A stretch of 64,000 nucleotides of DNA. Source: an uncultured Acidimicrobiales bacterium (lineage in GTDB: Bacteria; Actinomycetota; Acidimicrobiia; Acidimicrobiales; DATKAS01). Positions 57,432-64,000 of this stretch are shown here, one piece after another. Positions within the stretch are counted from its first letter, which is position 1. Each line of letters starts with the position of its first letter. Location of the stretch: assembly GCA_963847855.1 (NCBI GenBank), contig CAWKBM010000002.1, forward strand, positions 112,177-176,176, written 5' to 3'. The notes below the pieces were generated by a model. It made no database searches and was not told where the DNA came from. It was given only the letters and a program-made list of their open reading frames with translations. The position numbers were made by a program, and so were the translations under genes.

Positions 57432-58247
57432 GTGCTGGTCAGAGTCCCTGCGTCGTCAGCGAACATGGGTCCTGGCTTCGACGCGCTCGGTCTTGCTCTC
57501 GCGATGTACCTCGAGGTGCGCGTCGCGAAAGGCGACGTGCTGGCGGACGGACATCCGTCGCAGGTCGCGTTCACGTCGGCTGGCGGCGAAGGTCCGATCT
57601 CGGTGCGCTCGCAGATCCCGATGGGACGAGGACTCGGGTTCTCAGGAGCAGCCCGCGTTGCCGGCGTGCTCGCCGCGCTCGCGCAACAGCAAGATTCCGC
57701 CGACGTCGCGGCGCTCGCCGACGAGACCCTCGCTCGTTCTGCCGTGCTCGAGGGTCATGAAGACAACGTGGCTGCATCCCTCTATGGCGGTGTCGTCGCG
57801 GTCGCGGGGGGCCGAGCGGTCCGCGTGCCACTCGGCATCGAACCGGCGATCGTCGTGTGGGTGCCGACCGCTCGCACATCGACCGAGGAGTCGCGCGGCA
57901 AGCTGCCCACTTCGGTGAGCCTCGCGGACGCGTCGTTCAACGTCGGGCGCACCGCACTGCTCGTCGCGGCGATCGCCGCGGGCGACATCGGCGCGCTGCG
58001 ATCGGCGACGGCCGATCGGCTGCATCAGGACATCCGCCTCGCGGCTGCGCCCGAGAGCCGTCGCGCGATGGATGCGGCCGTCGACGCAGGGGCGTGGTGC
58101 TCGTGGCTGTCGGGGTCAGGCCCGACGATCGCGGCGATGGCGTCTGTGGACGATGCCCGCCGTGTCGCGGCAGCACTTCCGTCGACGGGCCAAGCGCGTG
58201 TGCTCGGGCTCGACCACGAAGGTGCGGTGATCGACCGTTCGGCCTAG
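57432..58247 (+). CDS. thrB: homoserine kinase-like GHMP kinase
   Basis: VRVPASSANMGPGFDALGLAL and IPMGRGLGFSGAARVAG motifs. At 271 aa it is shorter than a typical ThrB. Confidence 0.7.
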   Translation: MLVRVPASSANMGPGFDALGLALAMYLEVRVAKGDVLADGHPSQVAFTSAGGEGPISVRSQIPMGRGLGFSGAARVAGVLAALAQQQDSADVAALADETLARSAVLEGHEDNVAASLYGGVVAVAGGRAVRVPLGIEPAIVVWVPTARTSTEESRGKLPTSVSLADASFNVGRTALLVAAIAAGDIGALRSATADRLHQDIRLAAAPESRRAMDAAVDAGAWCSWLSGSGPTIAAMASVDDARRVAAALPSTGQARVLGLDHEGAVIDRSA

Positions 58248-58819
58248 GCGAGGTCGGTGTCGGTCGACGGTCGCGACCTCGTGTCGAGGCCGAGCTGGGA
58301 TTCGAGCCGGGCGATCTCGTCGTGCGCCTCTTCGAGCGCGTCGAGCTGCGCGTTCATCCGATCGATCGCGTCGGGAGTGGGCTCGGAGAGCTGGTGTTGC
58401 GCCGAACCCAACGTGACCACGCGTGTCGAGAGCGCCTCGAGCCCCGCGACCTGTGTCGCGATCTCGCTGAGGAGGGGGCGACGATGCGCGGACGGTGCTC
58501 TCGACGCGGTGACGATGTCGTAGTCGAGCGCGACGGCGTGGATCTCGATGTCGCGCGCCATGGCCGCGATCGGAGAGAGCTCGTCGTGACGGCGGCTGCG
58601 CTTCGGGAGCCATGGGCGAATCGATGTCACGACCCGTCGCAGGCGTCGGTGGAGCCGGGCCGAGCCCGAGGGATCGAACAGCCACCGCAGCGGTGCGATG
58701 CACTTGCCTCGCACACCGACACGATTCGAGTGCCGAAGGCTGCTCACCAGGGTGCCGCCGATGAGGAAGAAGCAGGCGACGCCGAAGATGAGCACCACGA
58801 TGACCGGTCCCACGGACAT
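58244..58819 (-). CDS. membrane-anchored hypothetical protein
   Basis: 191 aa from ATG 58819: N-terminal TM VGPVIVVLIFGVACFFLIGG, C-terminal helical region ..AIDRMNAQLDALEEAHDEIARLESQL.. The longer ORF-track N-terminus is antisense to the next gene. Confidence 0.5.
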   Translation of the reverse strand: MSVGPVIVVLIFGVACFFLIGGTLVSSLRHSNRVGVRGKCIAPLRWLFDPSGSARLHRRLRRVVTSIRPWLPKRSRRHDELSPIAAMARDIEIHAVALDYDIVTASRAPSAHRRPLLSEIATQVAGLEALSTRVVTLGSAQHQLSEPTPDAIDRMNAQLDALEEAHDEIARLESQLGLDTRSRPSTDTDLA

Positions 58820-58823
58820 GAGG

Positions 58824-60542
58824 CTATCGACCCCGGTCGAAGCCGTGGTCTCGGTTCTGTGATCGGGGCACGAGGGACGCGATGCGAGGAAGCGCCGACG
58901 CGAGACCGGCGTCGCAGTGCACGACGCGGACCCGCTCGGCTTCGGCGTCGAGCCACCGGGCAATGCAGCCGATCTCGTCGACGAGATCGGCGCGGAGAGG
59001 CATGCCTGCTTCGGGGCCGTCGGGCGGGGACTCGAGGATGTCGAGGCCCGCGAGCGTGGGATCCGCGTCGATCGGCGAGCATCGCACCAGCACTCCGTTC
59101 TGCACCTCGGCGCGGAACACGCCCGGACGTTCGATGACGACCGTGCCCGCATCACGAAGGCGTTCGACGTGCCGCTGCCGGCGAAGGGCGCCGGCCAACG
59201 CCTCTGCGCGGTCGCGAACGTCGGCCGCCTCCTCGAACCGCTCGGCGTCCGCGAGGAGGACCATCTGGCGTCGCAACGGATCGAGGAGCACCTCGGGCTC
59301 ACTCGTCAGCCCGCGGACCGTCCGCGCCACGATCGCCGAGTAGTCGGTCTCGGAGATCGCGCCCGAGCACGGGCAGGTCGCGACGCCGAGCTGAGCGGGA
59401 GCGCACGGAGCGGGCCGAGCGCAGCGGCCCGGTGACGTGGTGCACCGTCGGAGCGGCATCGCAGTCTGGATCGCTTCGATCACGCGGCGTGCTGCCGACG
59501 CGGACGGAAGCGGGCCGATGTAGTGCGCGCCGTCGGCACGCGCGGTCTGGGCCACAGCGAGTCGCGGGAATCGCTCGTTGAGCGTGAGCTTGACGTAGCT
59601 GTACTTGCCCCACTGCTTGCCCTGCCGGTTGAAGCGTGGCTGCAGCCGGTGGATCAGACGCAGCTCGAGGACGGCGGAGTCGAGCGCGCCGGTGCATGGG
59701 ATGTGGTCGATCTGCTGGGTCTCGCGGAGCAGCTGACCGATCTTGCGACGATCGTCGCTCGAGAAGTACGAGCGCACGCGTTGACGCAGGTTCGCCGCCT
59801 TCCCGACATAAAGCGGTCGTCCGCCTGCGTCTCGGAACAGGTACACGCCGGGACGGCGGGGGAGCCGATCGGTGAGCCGCAGCTTCGCCGCCTGCGGGTG
59901 GGCGTTGATGCGAGGGAGCGCGAGGAGGTCGTCGAGGCCGAGCACGCCGAACGCGGCGGCCCGCTCGAGCAAGAGGTGGAGGAGGTCTGCCGTCGCGAGG
60001 GCGTCGTCGAGCGCCCGGTGGGAGGGCTGGTGGGACAGCCGGAAGCGACTCGCCAGCGTCGACAGCCGGCAGTTGGGCACTTCGTCGCGGACGAGTCGCC
60101 GCGCGAGCGCGCAGGTGTCGACCCAGGGGTTCGTCATCGCCGCCCACCCCGCAGCGCGGCGAGCCGCGGCCAGGAACGACAGGTCGAACCGCACGTTGTG
60201 GCCGACGATCACCGTGCCTGCGCTGAACTCGTCGAAGGCAGCGAGCACCGGCTCGATGCGGGGGGCGGGCAGCACCATTGCGTGCGTGATGCCCGTGAGC
60301 ACGGTGATCTCGGGTGGGATCGCCATGCCCGGGTTCACAAGGGTCTGAAACGTGCCGAGGCACTGGCCCCCCCGCACCTTGATCGCACCGACCTCGGTGA
60401 TCGCACATCGCTCGGCCGAGCCGCCGGTGGTCTCGAGGTCGACCACACAGAACGTGACCTGTGCCAGCGGGGTGCCGAGGTCGTCGAACGTGCGCTGCAC
60501 CGGGCGACCATAAGGGCGAACAGGAGTTCGAAGCAAGAACAC
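58824..60542 (-). CDS. DEDD 3'-5' exonuclease (DnaQ-like) fused to GIY-YIG/UvrC-N-like domain
   Basis: 572 aa, intact: FCVVDLETTGG..IVGHNVRFDLSFL..HRALDDALATADL; then PGVYLFRDAGGRPLYVGKAANLRQRVRSYF. Confidence 0.85.
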   Translation of the reverse strand: MFLLRTPVRPYGRPVQRTFDDLGTPLAQVTFCVVDLETTGGSAERCAITEVGAIKVRGGQCLGTFQTLVNPGMAIPPEITVLTGITHAMVLPAPRIEPVLAAFDEFSAGTVIVGHNVRFDLSFLAAARRAAGWAAMTNPWVDTCALARRLVRDEVPNCRLSTLASRFRLSHQPSHRALDDALATADLLHLLLERAAAFGVLGLDDLLALPRINAHPQAAKLRLTDRLPRRPGVYLFRDAGGRPLYVGKAANLRQRVRSYFSSDDRRKIGQLLRETQQIDHIPCTGALDSAVLELRLIHRLQPRFNRQGKQWGKYSYVKLTLNERFPRLAVAQTARADGAHYIGPLPSASAARRVIEAIQTAMPLRRCTTSPGRCARPAPCAPAQLGVATCPCSGAISETDYSAIVARTVRGLTSEPEVLLDPLRRQMVLLADAERFEEAADVRDRAEALAGALRRQRHVERLRDAGTVVIERPGVFRAEVQNGVLVRCSPIDADPTLAGLDILESPPDGPEAGMPLRADLVDEIGCIARWLDAEAERVRVVHCDAGLASALPRIASLVPRSQNRDHGFDRGR

Positions 60543-60571
60543 ATGTTCGGCGGCCTCAGGCGACCGGTACC

Positions 60572-62043
60572 ATGTCGGCCGTGTCGTCGACCCGGTACCG
60601 ATGCACCTCGTGCGGGAACCTCACGCGCTTCGACGTCGTCACGACCCGGCGCACGGCCGCGTATCACCACTTCTCGGTCGCAGGAGACCTGTCCGTCGAG
60701 GACGAGCAGGTGCTCGACGAGGCGATCGAGTCGGTGACGTGCCGCTGGTGCGGGCCGGCGGGCGCGGTGCAGATCCTCGACGCCGACGAGGCCGACGAGA
60801 TCGCTGACTCCCGCGTGATCCCGGACGAGCTCATCCGTGGCGCGCTCGAAGCTGCCCTCGTCGTCGCCATCAAAGATCCGCTCGGCGCGCCCAAGCCTTT
60901 GCAGCCGTTCCTGAAGTTCCAGAAGATGCCGGCGCGGGCGATGCCCGTCGTGCGCAAGGTGCTCGACACCGACGAGGTGTTCCGCACCCGAGTGGCTTCG
61001 GTCGTCGCACTCGACCTGCTCGATCCACCCGCGGTGCTGTTCCTCACGAGACCCGACGCGTGGGAGACCGACCTCGAACGCCTCGCGGCCGAGGAGGACA
61101 AGGCCGAGACCGACGAGCGCGAGGCGAAGGCGGAGAAGAGCGCGGCAACGCAAGCTCCGCGCCGCGGAGGCCGCGCGCACCAAGGCCGAGGACCGTGCGA
61201 AGGAGCTCGGTGCCGAGCTCGACCGGGCGCGAGCAGTGGTCGAACAGGAGCGGGTCGCCCGGCGAAAGGCCGAGACCACCGCGCACAACGTGACGTGGGA
61301 TGTCGACAACCTGCGCAAGCAGGTGCGCGAGCTCGAGGCCGCGGCGGACACCTGGGCGAAGGAGCGAGACGAGCTCATCCGCAGCGGGCCGGCACCCGCC
61401 GACGCTGTTCCTCCCGAGCCGGCTCCTCAGCCGGACCTGAGCGGCCTCGTCGACGCGCTGCGCGACGCCCGTCAGTCGCTCGAGGCCAGCGCCCGCGCGC
61501 TCGAGCACGCGGCTGGCGGCCGTACCCGACCTGCCGCGTCCGGATGGCGTGAGCGATGCGCTCACCGAGGAGCGTCGGGTGCGCCCGCTGAAGCATGCGA
61601 GACGGCCCGGGCCGCTGCCGGGCGGTGTCCGCGACGACTCCGACGACGCGGCTCGCCATCTCATCGGCCTCCGCCACGTCGTCGTCGTGGTCGATGGCTA
61701 CAACGTCGCCAAGCGAGCGTGGCCCGAGCTTCCCTCGCTCGTCGACCAGCGCGATCGGCTCATCGATCGCATGGTGCGGCTGCACGCGAGCTCTCGGGCT
61801 GAGGTGCGCATCGTGTTCGACGGCACAGAGGCGGGCGCCGTCGCGGCGTCGAAGGGCCAGCCGGTCACCATCATCTTCACCGAGACGGGCGTGACCGCTG
61901 ACGACGAGATCTTGCGGCTCGTGCCCACGGTGCCGCGCGAGCGTCCTGTCGTCGTCGCCTCTTCTGACCGTGAGGTTGCCGATGGCGCACGACGCCTCGG
62001 CGCGAACGTGATCTCGGCGGAGCAGCTGCTCGCCGTGGGTTGA
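60572..62043 (+). CDS. zinc-ribbon / coiled-coil / NYN (YacP-like) domain protein; two +1 frame breaks (~61150, ~61530)
   Basis: YRCTSCGN..CRWCG ribbon. Coiled coil LRAAEAARTKAEDRAKELGAELDRARAVVEQERVARRKAE.. (61236 frame). C-terminal VVVVDGYNVAKRAWP..VRIVFDG..IIFTETGVTADDEI..VVVASSDREV (61549 frame). Confidence 0.7.
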
Positions 62044-62083
62044 ACGGCCGGGGAATGTCACACCCCAGTTGCACACTGCTCGT

Positions 62084-62275
62084 ATGGCGACGCTCACGAT
62101 CAGCTGCGACGAATGCATCATGCGTAACACCGAGACGTGTGATGACTGCGTCGTGACCTTCTTGTGCAACCGGCCCGAGGGCAGCGCGGTCGTGTTCGAC
62201 CTCGACACTGCGCGCACGGTGCGCCTGCTCGGTCAGGCCGGTCTGGTACCTCCGCTCCGGCACGCGACCCGGTGA
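62084..62275 (+). CDS. small Cys-rich hypothetical protein
   Basis: 63 aa: MATLTISCDECIMRNTETCDDCVVTFLC..; GC3-rich. Confidence 0.45.
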   Translation: MATLTISCDECIMRNTETCDDCVVTFLCNRPEGSAVVFDLDTARTVRLLGQAGLVPPLRHATR

Positions 62276-62305
62276 GCTGCCCCACGGCGCACCGCGACAG
62301 ATACC

Positions 62306-63400
62306 GTGCCGCCCGTGGCGGTTGCGGCCGACGAGCTCACTGACGCGGTGGTGGCGGCCGGGCGGCAGGCCGGCCTCGACGCGGTAGGTGTGGCACCCGC
62401 GACGCCGTTCACGCGAGCCCGCGAGGCGCTCGAGTCACGCAAGGCGGCGGGGCTCCATGGCGGCATGGCGTTCACGTACAAGAACCCTGCTCGTTCCACC
62501 GATCCGGGCGCTGCGCTCGAAGGCGCGCAGGCGATCGTCGTCGGCGCTCTCTCGTATCGCATCGCCGCGACCGACACGGTGTCGACTCGTCCGACGGCGG
62601 TCGTGGCCCGGTACGCGCAGCGCGATCACTACCGCATGCTCCACGACGGGCTCCGCTCCATCGCCGCCGAGCTGAAGGCGGCGGGCTGGAAGGCTCGCAT
62701 CGTGTCCGACGACAACGCGCTCGTCGATCGCGAGGCGGCGTACCGCGCCGGCCTCGGCTGGTACGGCAAGAGCGCCAACATCCTTCTCCCGGGGAAGGGC
62801 TCGTGGTTCGTGCTCGGTTCGGTGATCACCGATGCGCCGCTGCGCGTCGCCGCCGCACAGGTGGAGGACGGGTGCGGCACCTGCCGTCGCTGCATCGACG
62901 GTTGCCCGACCGGCGCGATCGTGGCGCCCGGCGTGGTCGACGCGCGTCGGTGCCTCGCGTGGCTGGTGCAGTCGCCGGGGGTGTTCCCCCGTGAGAGCCG
63001 CGCCGCCCTCGGCAACCGGCTGTACGGATGCGACGAGTGCCAAGAGGTGTGCCCTCCGAACATCGTCGTCGAACGGCGCGGCGACGAGCATGCGGCGGGG
63101 CGTGGCGTCGACGTGCTCGACCTGCTCGCCGCGTCGGACGCTGAGCTGCTCGAGCGCCACGGTCGGTGGTACATCGCCGACCGCGCCGTGCGCTACCTGC
63201 GCCGCAATGCGCTCGTCGTGCTGGGCAACACTGCGGACGGCCGCGACCTCGAGGTCGATGCCACCCTGCGCCGGTACCTCGCGGACCCCGACGAGATGTT
63301 GCGGGCGCATGCCGCGTGGGCCTGCACCTGTCTCGACCGTCTCGATCTCCTTGCCCTCGTCGCCGACGATCCGAGTCCGCTCGTGCGCGCCGAGCTGTGA
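62306..63400 (+). CDS. queG: tRNA epoxyqueuosine(34) reductase
   Basis: GWYGKSANILLPGKGSWFVLG..CGTCRRCIDGCPTGAI..RCLAWLVQ..LYGCDECQEVCPPN, plus a C-terminal HEAT-like region. Confidence 0.85.
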   Translation: MPPVAVAADELTDAVVAAGRQAGLDAVGVAPATPFTRAREALESRKAAGLHGGMAFTYKNPARSTDPGAALEGAQAIVVGALSYRIAATDTVSTRPTAVVARYAQRDHYRMLHDGLRSIAAELKAAGWKARIVSDDNALVDREAAYRAGLGWYGKSANILLPGKGSWFVLGSVITDAPLRVAAAQVEDGCGTCRRCIDGCPTGAIVAPGVVDARRCLAWLVQSPGVFPRESRAALGNRLYGCDECQEVCPPNIVVERRGDEHAAGRGVDVLDLLAASDAELLERHGRWYIADRAVRYLRRNALVVLGNTADGRDLEVDATLRRYLADPDEMLRAHAAWACTCLDRLDLLALVADDPSPLVRAEL

Positions 63401-64000
63401 GACATCTGCTCGTCACGAATGACTTCCCGCCGAAGCACGGCGGCATCCAGGCGTACCTCTGGGAGCTGTGGCGCCGCCTCCCTCCCGACGACGTCACGGT
63501 GCTGACGACGCCTCACGCCGACGCCCGCGCATGGGACGGGGCGCAGCCGTTTCGGGTCGTGCGCGACCGCGACCGCGTACTGCTGCCGACTCCCGCGCTT
63601 GCGCAGCGGATCAGCCGGCTCGCGGGGGAGGTCAAGGCCGAGCTCGTCGTGCTCGATCCCGCGCTCCCGGTCGGCTTGCTCGGCCCTCGCTTGTCTCTGC
63701 CGTATGGCCTCGTGCTGCACGGCGCCGAGGTGACCGTGCCCGGCCGGCTGCCCGTGAGCCAGCCCCTACTCGGTTCAGTGCTCCGGGGCGCGCGACTCGT
63801 GATCGCCGCGGGCGGATATCCCGCGGACGAGGCTCGTCATGCCGCCCGTGGCCCACTGCCCATCGTCGTCGTGCCGCCGGGCGTCGACTCGGCTCGATTC
63901 CGACCGCTCGACGCGCAAGAGCGCGCGAGTGCGCGGGCTCGGTTCGGGCTCGATCCTGACGCTCGGGTGATCGTCGGCGTGAGCCGGCTCGTGCCCCGCA
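63397..64000 (+). CDS. family 4 glycosyltransferase (PimB-like), 3' end outside window
   Basis: The GTG overlaps the queG stop (GTGA 63397-63400). Frame 1 is open to the window edge: RHLLVTNDFPPKHGGIQAYLWELWRRLP..VVLDPALPVG..GLVLHGAEV..VVVPPGVD. Absent from the ORF track because it has no stop. Confidence 0.7.
   Translation, partial: MRHLLVTNDFPPKHGGIQAYLWELWRRLPPDDVTVLTTPHADARAWDGAQPFRVVRDRDRVLLPTPALAQRISRLAGEVKAELVVLDPALPVGLLGPRLSLPYGLVLHGAEVTVPGRLPVSQPLLGSVLRGARLVIAAGGYPADEARHAARGPLPIVVVPPGVDSARFRPLDAQERASARARFGLDPDARVIVGVSRLVPR

Overview
Densely coding, visibly high-GC segment (GC-rich third codon positions; GC not computed). The gene content looks actinobacterial: F420-type LLM oxidoreductases, WhiB, an LPXTG surface protein, a DUF222-HNH protein and Tat/lipoprotein signals. 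I call about 70 protein genes on both strands plus one RNA gene, RNase P RNA (rnpB, minus strand, ~45918-46281), which lies under several spurious ORF-track entries. I saw no tRNA, rRNA, CRISPR array, transposase or integrase. Content is mixed housekeeping (class A PBP, trpD, thrB-like kinase, glpD, queG, acyP, glutaminase) and accessory genes. Most noteworthy: (1) a translationally coupled MacAB-type ABC operon (15776-20848, minus) whose 809-aa membrane-fusion adaptor carries a peptidoglycan-binding domain and four Calx-beta repeats, preceded by a Cys-rich lipoprotein; (2) an operon of an amicyanin-like cupredoxin lipoprotein plus two Tat-signal ferritin-like proteins (46317-48183); (3) two paralogous secreted proteins of unrecognised family, one with a Met/Gly-rich tract, next to a SARP/BTAD-hydrolase-cyclase-like regulator (3237-8292); (4) a glutaminase-STAS-cNMP fusion and a HIT-like-methyltransferase fusion. 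A pervasive caveat: I infer roughly 45 reading-frame breaks in at least 25 genes, mostly net +1. Two dense hot spots are an LLM monooxygenase plus alpha/beta hydrolase (28251-30354) and a response regulator / truncated haem peroxidase / response regulator block (39866-42354). The pattern looks more like consensus or assembly insertion error than decay, but this cannot be settled from the sequence alone. Many ORF-track entries are therefore fragments, artificial fusions, or antisense shadow ORFs typical of high-GC DNA. All family assignments come from motif recognition by eye; no database search was run.
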